NCBI GenBank assembly: GCA_038887515.1
Contig: JAWAKK010000002.1
Span: 128,001-192,000 of the forward strand
Origin: Candidatus Nezhaarchaeales archaeon
Lineage (GTDB): Archaea; Thermoproteota; Methanomethylicia; Nezhaarchaeales; WYZ-LMO8
Length of the DNA: 64,000 nucleotides
Direction: 5' to 3'
Shown in pieces: positions 19,583 to 29,437 of this stretch. The notes under the pieces were generated by a model. It searched no databases, was not told the origin of the DNA, and saw only the letters and a list, made by a program, of their open reading frames with translations. A program made the position numbers and the translations under genes. Each line of letters starts with the position of its first letter. Position 1 is the stretch's first letter.

Positions 19583-21192
19583 ATGCTCGACCGATATTGA
19601 TTAAGAAGTTCTTTCATCATGAGCTGTAGCCCTTCTAGATCTTTTATAGAATAAGGTTCTCTCGTAGAGAACACCTTAACGTTCGTACAAGATCTTCTAC
19701 AAGCATTCTCTATATTATTACCCCATCGTTCTATATCGTTATAAAGTAGTATGCTTTTAGGGTTTAAGGCTCTTAGGAGCTTAACTAGCTTTGAGCTTAC
19801 AAAAAGTTTGGAAAACGTATCAAGCCTAACAGATGTTTCATATTGTGATAGGGGGAAAACACCTTCAAGTTCTATGGGGATTAAGCAAAAAGGATAATCA
19901 TAGAAGAGAAACTTCACTTTCACGAAATCCTTAACCTCGCCATCATAGCTCTCCAATAGTTTCTTGATGAAAGTGTTTGATGAGACCCCACCCTTCTTGG
20001 GTAAAAGGAATAAAATCTCGTTTCGTAGGCTCGCTAAGCAGTTCCTAAGTTTCTTAAAGTGTCTCCAGACTTTCGGTCTAAAAGCGTCACGATGGTCACA
20101 AAAGAAGAGACCGGATATCGAGGGCTTAGTTATGGGATCTAAACGCTCGAGAAAAATCCTGTAATTTTTAAACTTTAGAAAAGCCGAAAATAGACGAGGA
20201 TGTACTCTGGATCTAGAAGAAACCAGTTCCCACAGCGTCCCTTCTCTTATCGATTGTTTGATGTTCTTAATTTCACTTGCAAGGATGTATAGATTGTGAA
20301 GAGCTATTGTCTTCACTTTCTCGCTATCAGGCATTTCCTTAACGTCCTGTGGCGTATACTTCGAGCATACAGGACAAGAACAGGGAAAGTACTCAAGGTC
20401 TTGTAATTTATAAGTACCAGTGCAAGTCATATACCTCAATTCTTTTGCATATAAAATGTAAGAAGCAGAGTCAAATAAGTCACATCCCAACGCGACAGCT
20501 AATGGAAGCATCATTGGATGTCCTGCCCCAAACAAGTGTACGGGTTTCCCTAAAGGCAGCGTCTTCTTGGCCGCATATATGATGTCAGCTAATACATCAT
20601 AGTTATAAGACTCCATAATGACCGTTGGGCTTCCTATGGCATAAATGTCAAAGTTGAGTGCTGAAAGCTGTTTAGCACAGTATTTTACTAGATCGGTGTA
20701 CGGCGCTCCTTGGACTGGGCCGACCCATAGTATTGATCCATCGACTTTCATAGAATCCAAGGCCTTAGCCCTTTTTATGGTTTCGTTTACTCTACGTAGT
20801 GCCTCATCGAAGGACGTCATTCCTGTTGGGAAATCGAGTATAACCGCTATGTCACTACCACATTTCTCTTGTAGCGCTACTACTTCCTCCGGTGTTATTT
20901 CAACGTATCCATATACCAGTAGTTGGTAAGCCCCTGAATCCGTCATTATCGGGCCTTGAAAACCTAATAGCTCATGGACGTCTACCACACCAAGTTCCTG
21001 GAAAGCCCTTCGAACGTGTAATATGTTCGTTATGAAAGCATTGAAACCTAGTTTTTCTATGTCCTTTACCGTTATTGTCGTGTTAAAGGGGTTTATAACC
21101 GGAAAGAGGTATGGAGTCTCTATACTACCTCTCCTTGTCTTTAATTTCCCTATCCTCCCCGCTAAGTCTTTATCTAAGACTTCGAACGTCAT
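19579..21192 (-). CDS. tgtA: Archaeosine tRNA-guanine(15) transglycosylase
   Basis: DLAGRIG, MTDSGAYQ, HLFGAGHP, DLFDSASY, CSCPVC...HNL. Confidence 0.95.
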   Translation of the reverse strand: MTFEVLDKDLAGRIGKLKTRRGSIETPYLFPVINPFNTTITVKDIEKLGFNAFITNILHVRRAFQELGVVDVHELLGFQGPIMTDSGAYQLLVYGYVEITPEEVVALQEKCGSDIAVILDFPTGMTSFDEALRRVNETIKRAKALDSMKVDGSILWVGPVQGAPYTDLVKYCAKQLSALNFDIYAIGSPTVIMESYNYDVLADIIYAAKKTLPLGKPVHLFGAGHPMMLPLAVALGCDLFDSASYILYAKELRYMTCTGTYKLQDLEYFPCSCPVCSKYTPQDVKEMPDSEKVKTIALHNLYILASEIKNIKQSIREGTLWELVSSRSRVHPRLFSAFLKFKNYRIFLERLDPITKPSISGLFFCDHRDAFRPKVWRHFKKLRNCLASLRNEILFLLPKKGGVSSNTFIKKLLESYDGEVKDFVKVKFLFYDYPFCLIPIELEGVFPLSQYETSVRLDTFSKLFVSSKLVKLLRALNPKSILLYNDIERWGNNIENACRRSCTNVKVFSTREPYSIKDLEGLQLMMKELLNQYRSSI

Positions 21193-21193
21193 T

Positions 21194-21652
21194 TTACGTT
21201 TTACTTTGAGGTTGTCTTGAAGATACAAACTCTTCGTATATCTTTTTGACTCTTTCAGCTATAGGACCAGAACCTTCAATAACTCCTGACTCCGAAACAC
21301 GTATCCTATCCATCACAGTTATGACACCAGCATCTTCGTGTAAAACAACCATATTTGGGAACGATTTTTCAAGAAGTTCGGCTAGTCCTTTCAGGTCGAA
21401 AGGTTCTTCAAGTCTCAATATTTGAGCTACATAATGACCATTTATGAGGACTCTAGCATATGCTCCTCCCTTTTCATCTCTAGCATTTGCAAGTATGAGG
21501 TTAAGGGTACTCTGATCATAAGCTATTAGCTTACCTTCGTAGCATGTCCCGCCTGCCATTACTACCTTCACTTTTTTGTCGAGAAGAGAAGATAGTTCTG
21601 TTGAAAATCTCCGAGATGCTAGAGGTTGAAAGCTACTCACTCCACATGGCAC
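21194..21652 (-). CDS. Extended Sm-like protein (SmAP3 type)
   Basis: Sm fold (YEGKLIAYD..LNLILANA...VLING) plus a C-terminal domain ending GPIAERVKKIYEEF. Confidence 0.85.
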   Translation of the reverse strand: MPCGVSSFQPLASRRFSTELSSLLDKKVKVVMAGGTCYEGKLIAYDQSTLNLILANARDEKGGAYARVLINGHYVAQILRLEEPFDLKGLAELLEKSFPNMVVLHEDAGVITVMDRIRVSESGVIEGSGPIAERVKKIYEEFVSSRQPQSKT

Positions 21653-21743
21653 CTCACTTTGCTATTTACTGGTTCTAGAGTCAGTAAGTGCGTGCAAATT
21701 AATTTATATTTTCAGATAACTTCTTTCCCGTGAGGTGTAGCAG

Positions 21744-22133
21744 ATGACTAGCAACATACTATTAGATGTTCAGGGCGAGGTGAGCAAAATCGAAAAAAGT
21801 GATTTTAAAGGTATAAGTGTAATCGAAGTTCTGACGCCAGAAGGTATAGAGGTCAAAATGGAGGTCCCCCAGCAACTCCTTCAAATCAAGGAAAACACGA
21901 AAGTGCGATTATTGGTAAGCATGGAACCTTCCATCGAACAGGCTATCGGACAAGAAGTTGACGGCCTATTCCTTTGTACCATATACGGCATCGAGAGGTA
22001 CAAGAAAGGAAAGGAGGAAAGAGCACGCATATATGGATCCATTGGAGGGTTACAGGTAAGAATAGACGGGAAGGGCATACACAAGAAGGTTAAGATGGGG
22101 GATAAAGTTTACGTAGGACTTAAGGTTCTATAA
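21744..22133 (+). CDS. rpoG: DNA-directed RNA polymerase subunit Rpo8/RpoG
   Basis: OB fold, VSKIEKS, conserved SIGGLQVRI and KVYVGL end; neighbour of the Sm gene. Confidence 0.7.
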   Translation: MTSNILLDVQGEVSKIEKSDFKGISVIEVLTPEGIEVKMEVPQQLLQIKENTKVRLLVSMEPSIEQAIGQEVDGLFLCTIYGIERYKKGKEERARIYGSIGGLQVRIDGKGIHKKVKMGDKVYVGLKVL

Positions 22134-22287
22134 GAAATACTTTCGCTCATCCCTCTCTATCCACGGTTTTAGAAGTTAATTAATAGAGAGGTTTCGATGA
22201 TTTGTAGTTTCATAATGAAGTTTGTTTAAAGACTACAACACAAACTTTAATTTTTGCTCAGCACGTGATGAGCCTTGGTGACGTTTA

Positions 22288-23543
22288 TTGTCTCAAATTT
22301 TATGCAACGAATGTGGTGGAGGTTTAGTAATTTCAGAGAAAGGAGAGTATATTTGCGAGAGATGCGGACTCGTTTATGAAGATGTCAAGATAACTTCGCT
22401 TACCAATCCGAAAATTGAACTTAAAGAGGCAAATAATCACTTTGAAATACTTAACCGAACTCCTTTCAAAGTTCCGATATCTTGGAATAAAGTTGGCGAC
22501 AAGAATCTTGTAAATGGAGTAAGAGCATTAAGGCAGATTAACAGGTTGGATTTCATTCAACGATATTACCTCGATAAAATTTCAATAAAAGCCGTTAGGA
22601 AGTCTTATGCTGTTCTGCTGTCATTATGTTCCTTAATACCATTACAGTTTTCGGGGACCATCAAAAGGAGAGCTTTGGAAATATACTACATTACTATAAC
22701 GAGGATGAGGCGCGTAAGGAAGAACCACGTAGCATTGATCACTGCTAGCTTCTACATTGCTTTAAGAGAGATGTGTAAAAATTGTGACTTAACGTTAAGG
22801 CAGTTAATGGTACACTTGAAAGGTATGGGCATCAACACGTCGCTTAGCGACGTATTCAAAGCGTTCTTCATGCTAAGGAAGGCGACAGGAGTTGTTCTGA
22901 GGCCTAGAAGGGCTGAGGACTTACTATCAATGGTCATAAGGAAGCTAGTCAATGATGAAAAGCTCAGAAAAAAGCTTGAAAAAACCGGATAGATGTTTCC
23001 TTATATTCGAAGGAGCTCTACGTTAAAGCGGCGTCGTTACTTAAAAAAACATGTCACCATAGAAGCCCTCTATCTCTAGTTGCCACTGCGCTTTATACGG
23101 CCGATAGAATGCTAGCCTTAAAATATCAATGGAAAGAGGTGTTAACACAAAAGGTTTTAAGCTCAATACTGAAGGTTAGTCCCTTCACTATAAGAGAACG
23201 TACTACAAAGCCTTTAGACGATACATTTTCAGTGATGAAAATGAAAAGTAAGACCATAAAAATAACCCTCGAAAACCTATTCGAAGTACTATTAAGTCAC
23301 GGTATCCAGGTCCAGACAGTTGAAGAGATAATGTTGCACTTAGGAGTCCCACGAAGTTACGTTGAAAGAGCCTTGGCAAATATAATCACGATCTTCCCTT
23401 TAAAAGAGGCGAGTAGTAACGCAGAGCATTTACATAGCCGTATTGAATTAGCAACACAATTAAAGGAAGTTAAGGAATTAATAGAGAAAGTTTATAGTAA
23501 GTTATCCTTGCTCTCGCAAGGAAGTGGGCCGGCCCGGACTTGA
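22288..23543 (+). pseudogene. Divergent TFB (TFIIB) paralogue, frameshifted
   Basis: Zn ribbon CNECGG...CERCGLV and cyclin repeat 1 in 22288-22992; cyclin repeat 2 with HTH (RSPLSLVATALY...LTQKVLSSILKVSPFTIRER) continues in the -1 frame after the A6 run at 22979-22984. Confidence 0.7.
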
Positions 23544-23598
23544 ACCGGGGACCTCCCGCGTGTGAGGCGGGCGTTCTGGCCGTCTGAACTACCGGCCC
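23525..23598 (-). tRNA. tRNA-Val(CAC)
   Basis: GGGCCGG acceptor stem, anticodon arm CCCGC-CTCACAC-GCGGG, GGTTCAAGTCC T-arm. Confidence 0.95.
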
Positions 23599-23631
23599 CT
23601 CAAGAAGAAAGGTCGAATTCGAAAATAGTAG

Positions 23632-23793
23632 TTACTTCTGGACTGAGCGTTTCTTCCACCTTAAGTTGTAGGAGCGACACTTTCTACATCTCTCAGCAGT
23701 AGCAGCATTTCGTGCACCGCATTTTCTGCATACCTTTACTAACAATAGCTTCTTCTGAGCTAGCTGTAATTTAAGAGGGTCTGCTATTGGCAC
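23632..23793 (-). CDS. rpl40e: 50S ribosomal protein eL40
   Basis: GTG start after GGAGGT; MPIADPLKLQLAQKKLLLVKVCRKCGARNAATAERCRKCRSYNLRWKKRSVQK; below the ORF-track size cutoff. Confidence 0.95.
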   Translation of the reverse strand: MPIADPLKLQLAQKKLLLVKVCRKCGARNAATAERCRKCRSYNLRWKKRSVQK

Positions 23794-23928
23794 CTTTACA
23801 ACCTCCTACGCTCATTTTAAATGTCTGGCAAATAAATTTATTCTTGATCTTACCCTATAGGCAACAGAAGGTGAGGCCTCGGAAGCGTTTAATCCTAGCT
23901 ATGTTGAAAAGATTTTGAGGAGAAGGCG

Positions 23929-24201
23929 ATGAAAGAGAACGTCGTAATCGTTGGGCAGAAGTCTACGATGAGCTACGTCTTAGCGTGCCTCACTTTGTTC
24001 CACCAAGGTTTTAACGAGGTCGTAATAAAGGCTAGGGGAAAAGCTATATCAAAAGCTGTAGATGTCGTGAATATTGTAAAAGAAAAGTTTATTCCCACGG
24101 CTAAAGTTAAGAGTCTAGAACTTGGTAACGAAAGGCTCGTAACAGAGAGAGGGGATGTCGTTAATTTAAGCACCATAACGATAATGTTATCAAAGGAGTG
24201 A
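23929..24201 (+). CDS. albA: DNA/RNA-binding protein Alba
   Basis: VGQKSTMSYVLA, IKARGKAISKAVDV. Confidence 0.95.
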   Translation: MKENVVIVGQKSTMSYVLACLTLFHQGFNEVVIKARGKAISKAVDVVNIVKEKFIPTAKVKSLELGNERLVTERGDVVNLSTITIMLSKE

Positions 24202-24213
24202 GGGGGTTATGAA

Positions 24214-24714
24214 TTGCAATTTCCAGTATGCAATTTTTGCTTGAAGAGCGGACTCCTGTGTAAGACTTGCGATGAGAAGATGAAGAAGGGTGAGATAACT
24301 GAGCTTGATATAGAAATTGCTAAGTGGTTCTTGAATAATGAAGGGAAGTACCCCCAACTTAAGGACTGTACGTTTCACAAAGCTGTTCAGAGGGATAATC
24401 TTCTGGTAGTCCTCATTGGATGTAAGAATAGAGGTCTAACAACCTTATGGAGGAAAATCGGAAAATTGCTTAGCGAAGAGAGGGGGGTCAACGTAAGGAT
24501 CGTAGAAAAGACTTCTTCTCTAAGAGAGTTTTTAAGTCAATTACTTTTTCCGGCTAAGATTATCTCTTTAAATACGATATGGCTGCCCGACGGCTCTTGC
24601 GAGAATACCGTTAAAGTGGCATATGAGGACTTAAAGAAATTACCAGCCGATGTAAAGGTGCTAGAAGAAACAATACGTGAACTAATTGGAGAAATAGTTT
24701 ATATTGCTACATAG
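24214..24714 (+). CDS. Archaeal NusA-like (Zn-finger/KH) protein
   Basis: FPVCNFCLKSGLLCKTC..K...GEITELD, LLFPAKI..LNTIWLPDGS. Confidence 0.7.
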   Translation: MQFPVCNFCLKSGLLCKTCDEKMKKGEITELDIEIAKWFLNNEGKYPQLKDCTFHKAVQRDNLLVVLIGCKNRGLTTLWRKIGKLLSEERGVNVRIVEKTSSLREFLSQLLFPAKIISLNTIWLPDGSCENTVKVAYEDLKKLPADVKVLEETIRELIGEIVYIAT

Positions 24715-24735
24715 TTAGAACCTCTCTGACCTACG

Positions 24736-26058
24736 ATGCCAAACGTAGATTCCATGGGTTCATGGAGGAAAACGCACAGGAACAACGAGCTCATCCTCTT
24801 GCCCGATGGGACCGAAGTAATATTGATGGGCTGGCTCCACGAGATAAGAGATCTTGGAAGTATAAAGTTCCTAATTTTACGAGACCCAACCGGTCTAGCT
24901 CAAGTAACCGTCAAGAAGGGCTCCGTAAATCAAAGTGTGCTCGAAAAAATAGAGAGAGTCACGCGCGAAAGCGTAATAGCCGTTAAAGGTGTGGTTAAGA
25001 AGAGTAAAATAAGTAAGCTTGGATTCGAGGTCTTGCCTCATGAAATCAAGGTTCTCAATGTATCAAAGGCTCCTTTACCTCTCGAAGTTTCAGGCAAAGT
25101 TCCAGCAGACTTTGAAACTCGCATGAAGTCTAGGTTCATGGACTTAAGAAGGCCAAGCGAGGTATTTGTCTTTAAATTACACCACGAAGTTTTGAAAGTA
25201 ATAAGAAACTATTTAGAGGAAAGAGGATTTATTGAAGTAATAACGCCAAAAATCTTAGTTTCTGCAACAGAGGGCGGTGCACAACTTTTCAAGGTACAGT
25301 ACTTTGAGAAAGTTGCATATCTTGCTCAAAGTCCACAGTTATACAAGGAGGTTTTGACGAGCTGTTTTGAGAAAGTGTACGAAATAGGCGTCTACTTTAG
25401 AGCCGAAGAATCTAACACTCCTTACCACCTCAACGAGTTCACGTCAGTGGATATCGAAGCTGCGTTCATGGATTATAGAGATGTAATGAGAATTTTAGAA
25501 GACTGCATTGTCCATGTGTACGATTACATTAAAGAAAAGTATTACGAAGAACTTAAGAAAATACATGGAGACTTTGCTGAGCCTCGTAAACCCTTTCCAG
25601 TGGTAACATATTTTGAGGCCATAGAGTTGCTGAATAGTAAAGGTTTGAATATAAGGTGGGGTGACGATTTAACTACTCCAGCTTTAAGGCTGCTAAGCGA
25701 AGAATATGGAGACTATTACTTTATAGTGGATTGGCCTATAGAAACTAAGCCTTTCTACATAAAGCCCCATCAAGGCAATGGTAAGATAAGTGAAAGCTTT
25801 GATCTCATATGGCGACATATAGAGCTTGCTAGCGGAGGAAGTAGGATATACCTTCGAGAAGAACTAGAAGACAGTATTCGGCGAAAGGGATTAAACCTTG
25901 AGAACTTCAAGGAGCACTTAACAGCATTCGATTATGGGATGCCGCCGCACGCAGGTTGGGGGCTAGGTTTTTCGAGGCTCTTAATGGTTTTAACGGGGAG
26001 ACAGAATATAAGAGAAGTAGTCTTATTTCCGCGCGATAGAACGAGGTTGACTCCATAA
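24736..26058 (+). CDS. aspS: Aspartate--tRNA ligase
   Basis: GWLHEIRDLG, YLAQSPQLYK, FRAEES, YGMPPHAGWGLG, FPRDRTRLTP. Confidence 0.97.
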   Translation: MPNVDSMGSWRKTHRNNELILLPDGTEVILMGWLHEIRDLGSIKFLILRDPTGLAQVTVKKGSVNQSVLEKIERVTRESVIAVKGVVKKSKISKLGFEVLPHEIKVLNVSKAPLPLEVSGKVPADFETRMKSRFMDLRRPSEVFVFKLHHEVLKVIRNYLEERGFIEVITPKILVSATEGGAQLFKVQYFEKVAYLAQSPQLYKEVLTSCFEKVYEIGVYFRAEESNTPYHLNEFTSVDIEAAFMDYRDVMRILEDCIVHVYDYIKEKYYEELKKIHGDFAEPRKPFPVVTYFEAIELLNSKGLNIRWGDDLTTPALRLLSEEYGDYYFIVDWPIETKPFYIKPHQGNGKISESFDLIWRHIELASGGSRIYLREELEDSIRRKGLNLENFKEHLTAFDYGMPPHAGWGLGFSRLLMVLTGRQNIREVVLFPRDRTRLTP

Positions 26059-26071
26059 AAGGTCATTGCGA

Positions 26072-27940
26072 ATGAAAGCCAGCGCTTTATATTGGTGTTT
26101 GAAGTGTAACGTCCCCTTGCTTACGAAAAATTGTGATGTATGTGGTGGGCATAGTATTAAAGAGGTAAAGGTCACGCCTCCCGGTAACATAAAGCCTATG
26201 TTTAATAATGAAAAGGTAAGAATAGAAAATAGCATAGTCAAAGAGTATGGGAAGACGGTAATACCGCTCATAGTTCCCGAGGACAGAATAGTACTACTTA
26301 ACAAGGTACCTCACATGGATGTAGCTTACGAAATAATAGTTGACGGGCACGTAGTGGGATTATGGGAATTTGATGTAGGTTTGCAGAACTTCCGCTTAAT
26401 GCCCTACATGGAAGGAGCGAGAAGAATGGCTATTAGTAGAGCGAGGAAGTGGATCCTTGTTGACCGGGGCGCTGAAAAGGCAATAGCAATGGATGGGAAA
26501 AACCTCTTAGCACCTGGTGTAGTGGAATATGATGAAAGTATCAGCGAAAATGACATAGCCTATGTAGTAAATGAGGACTGGAAAGCTATAGCAGTAGGCA
26601 AGGTTTCCTACGGCTTTAAACAAAGGCTGAAAGAAAGAAGAGGCATGGTGGTTAAGATAAAGCACTTTGGCGAACCTAAAGATGCAGAGATCCTAGAGAA
26701 AAAGGCTACATGGAGCGATGCCATAGCCGCTAACAATAGTTTCTTAGGGGCAAAGGAAAAAGAGGCTATATCTCTAATACAAGATATCTGCGCCAGAAGT
26801 AGTAAACCAATATTAGTATCCTTTTCGGGAGGCAAGGATAGTTTAGCTACGCTTCTATTAGTTAAAAAAGCTTTAGAAGAATCAAGGAAGGACTTTTTCG
26901 TATTATTCTTAGATACTGGAATAGAGTACCTTGAAACTATAACCTATGTAGAAAGGATTTTGAAACAATTGGGCCTTGAAGATAAGACCATAAAAGTTAA
27001 GGCGTTTGCCCGCTTCTTTGATGTGCTCGACGTTTTCGGCCCCCCGGCTAGAGACTTTAGATGGTGCTGTAAAGTGTGTAAACTGGCGCCAATTTCCTAC
27101 GCTGTAAGAAACTTGGGAGGAGAGTGCTTAGCGTTCATCGGTCTACGTGGAGTAGAATCTATAAAAAGAGAGAAGCAAGGTGCTATGTGGAGGGGTATAT
27201 GGGTTAAAGGTCAAACAGGGATATCTCCGATATACGACTGGAGCACGCTCAACATTTGGCTTTACTTGTTCAAAGAGGGTGTTGAGGTAAACCCCCTTTA
27301 CTATAAGGGACTTGAAAGGATAGGTTGCTGGGTTTGCCCAAGTATGGATTTAGCTGAAATGCGGATAGTCGAAGAGTTGCTAGGCGACTCTTGGAAGTAT
27401 TACTTGGAGAAAGTTTCTAAGTTACTACATTTGAGCGAAGAAGAAATGAACTTAGGCTTATGGAGATGGCGCTTTAAGAGACCTGGCTGGTTAAAAGACG
27501 AAGAAAATGTAATACTACGTAGAGACCCAATCCAGCATATACGAAGAAAAAGGAAGATTCTATTGAAAAGCGAGAGGGACTTTGATAAGTTGATTAATAT
27601 ACTGAAGACTCTATATGACGTGCACAAAGAAGGCAGAGATGTAATACTTACTATCGGAGGAAGAAGGGTTGCAATCTTGACGAAGGAAGACATGAAAGTC
27701 TTAGTTAAGGCAGACGAAAAGGAGTGGATAAAGATCTTTAGAAGTGCGTCACGTGCGTTAGAGTGCGTGAAGTGTATGTTATGTTTAGCTACATGCCTTC
27801 GTAACGCCATATCGATAAGCAATGACGGTATCGAAATATTAAGCGAAAGGTGTATTGCTTGTGGAGAGTGCAACTATACATGCCCCATATGGGCTTACAG
27901 CTTGAAGTCCTTGCATATTGCGAAAAGGTTATTAGATTAA
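26072..27940 (+). CDS. PAPS-reductase-family protein with Zn ribbon, PUA and ferredoxin domains
   Basis: SFSGGKDS, RWCCKVCKL, RIGCWVCP, C-terminal 2x[4Fe-4S] motifs. Confidence 0.85.
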   Translation: MKASALYWCLKCNVPLLTKNCDVCGGHSIKEVKVTPPGNIKPMFNNEKVRIENSIVKEYGKTVIPLIVPEDRIVLLNKVPHMDVAYEIIVDGHVVGLWEFDVGLQNFRLMPYMEGARRMAISRARKWILVDRGAEKAIAMDGKNLLAPGVVEYDESISENDIAYVVNEDWKAIAVGKVSYGFKQRLKERRGMVVKIKHFGEPKDAEILEKKATWSDAIAANNSFLGAKEKEAISLIQDICARSSKPILVSFSGGKDSLATLLLVKKALEESRKDFFVLFLDTGIEYLETITYVERILKQLGLEDKTIKVKAFARFFDVLDVFGPPARDFRWCCKVCKLAPISYAVRNLGGECLAFIGLRGVESIKREKQGAMWRGIWVKGQTGISPIYDWSTLNIWLYLFKEGVEVNPLYYKGLERIGCWVCPSMDLAEMRIVEELLGDSWKYYLEKVSKLLHLSEEEMNLGLWRWRFKRPGWLKDEENVILRRDPIQHIRRKRKILLKSERDFDKLINILKTLYDVHKEGRDVILTIGGRRVAILTKEDMKVLVKADEKEWIKIFRSASRALECVKCMLCLATCLRNAISISNDGIEILSERCIACGECNYTCPIWAYSLKSLHIAKRLLD

Positions 27941-27989
27941 ATACATTATCTTAGGCTGAGCCATCCAATAGCATAAAGGAGGTACATAC

Positions 27990-28721
27990 ATGTTTACGCC
28001 GCCAGGCTTAGGATATGATAGAGCAATAACGGTGTTCTCGCCCGAAGGAAGGTTATACCAAGTTGAGTATGCATTAGAGGCCGTTAAAAGAGGGTGGACT
28101 ACTTTAGGAATAAGATGTAAAGACGGTATAGTTGTTGCTGTAGAAAAGAAGAGGATATCTCCTCTCGTTGATCCTGAAACCATGGAGAAGATATGGAAAG
28201 TAGACGATCATGTAGGGATCGCTTACGCTGGGTTGGCATCTGATGGGAGAGTTCTTATCGATAGGGCTAGGATTGAGGCGCAGATTCACAGGTTAATATA
28301 CGATGAGCCAATAGACGTAGAGGTTTTAACCCGTAGATTAAGCGATATTAAACAACTATATACTCAACATGCGGGTGTTAGACCTTTTGGTGTATCTTTC
28401 ATAATTGCAGGAGTTGATCAGACGGGGCCTAGACTTTATATGACCGAACCTAGCGGGGCATATGCAGGCTATTATGCTGTGGTCATAGGTGCTGGATCGC
28501 AAACCGCTACAGAGATATTAGAGAAGCATTACAACCAAGGCATTAGTGTCGAAGATGGGGTCATGCTAGCTTTAAAGTGTATGGAAGCTGTTGTTGAGGG
28601 TGGGTTGAACGTCGAGAAAATTGAAATAGCAATAGCTGAAGTAAAGAGTGGACGTTTTGACAAGCTTAAAACTCAAGAGGTCAAACATTTAATAGAGAAG
28701 TTTAAGGAACGGATGAAATAG
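27990..28721 (+). CDS. psmA: Proteasome alpha subunit
   Basis: GYDRAITVFSPEGRLYQVEYA, RPFGVS. Confidence 0.98.
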   Translation: MFTPPGLGYDRAITVFSPEGRLYQVEYALEAVKRGWTTLGIRCKDGIVVAVEKKRISPLVDPETMEKIWKVDDHVGIAYAGLASDGRVLIDRARIEAQIHRLIYDEPIDVEVLTRRLSDIKQLYTQHAGVRPFGVSFIIAGVDQTGPRLYMTEPSGAYAGYYAVVIGAGSQTATEILEKHYNQGISVEDGVMLALKCMEAVVEGGLNVEKIEIAIAEVKSGRFDKLKTQEVKHLIEKFKERMK

Positions 28722-28723
28722 GT

Positions 28724-29425
28724 ATGGGTAGCGAAAGCGAACATTCAGTAGCTAGATTAGTTTTGGGGTCGGAGAGGTTTGAGATCCTCATAAATCCTGA
28801 AAAGGCATGGCAACTAAAACAAGGAGCAAAGGTCGATATAAGAGAGGCTATGATAAGCGACGTTATATATAAGGATGCTAGAAAAGGTCTTAAAGCCTCT
28901 CGAGACGTATTACAGAAAGCCTTCAAGACGTTAGATCCCTACGAAATAGGAAAAACCATAATCCTACGAGGAGAAATCCAGCTGACCGCTAAGCAAAGAA
29001 AAGAACTCATTGAAAGTAAAAGAAGACAGATAATAAATTTCATATCGAGGAATTGCGTGGATTCTAAAACAGGTTTACCAATACCTCCGACAAGAGTAGA
29101 GTTATTATTAAATGACGCCAAGGTTTCCATAGATCCATTTAGAGATGCTGAAGAACAAGCGCTAGAGGTAATTAAGGTTTTAAGAAAAGTTATACCCATA
29201 AAGATATCAAAAGTGGTGTTAGAGTTAAAAGCCCCTCGTCAATATGCTAGCAAAGTTTATGCATTGATACCTCGATATGGAGAGATCTTAAAGAGCAACT
29301 GGTTAGAGGACGGATCGTGGAAAGGTGAGATAGAAATACCAGCGGGGCTACAACTAGAATTACTTGATAAACTAAACAAGATGACTCAAGGCGATGTCGA
29401 AGTAAGGACAGTAAGTAAGAGCTGA
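28724..29425 (+). CDS. Ribosome maturation factor SBDS/Sdo1
   Basis: ARL..GSERFEIL, GEIQLTAKQRK, superoperon context. Confidence 0.95.
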   Translation: MGSESEHSVARLVLGSERFEILINPEKAWQLKQGAKVDIREAMISDVIYKDARKGLKASRDVLQKAFKTLDPYEIGKTIILRGEIQLTAKQRKELIESKRRQIINFISRNCVDSKTGLPIPPTRVELLLNDAKVSIDPFRDAEEQALEVIKVLRKVIPIKISKVVLELKAPRQYASKVYALIPRYGEILKSNWLEDGSWKGEIEIPAGLQLELLDKLNKMTQGDVEVRTVSKS

Positions 29426-29437
29426 GGGGATAAGTCT

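Noticed and set aside
22968-22974. A_AAA_AAG slippery heptamer as a programmed -1 frameshift in the TFB paralogue
   Set aside because: A -1 shift there meets TGA two codons later; only a shift in the following A6 run is productive
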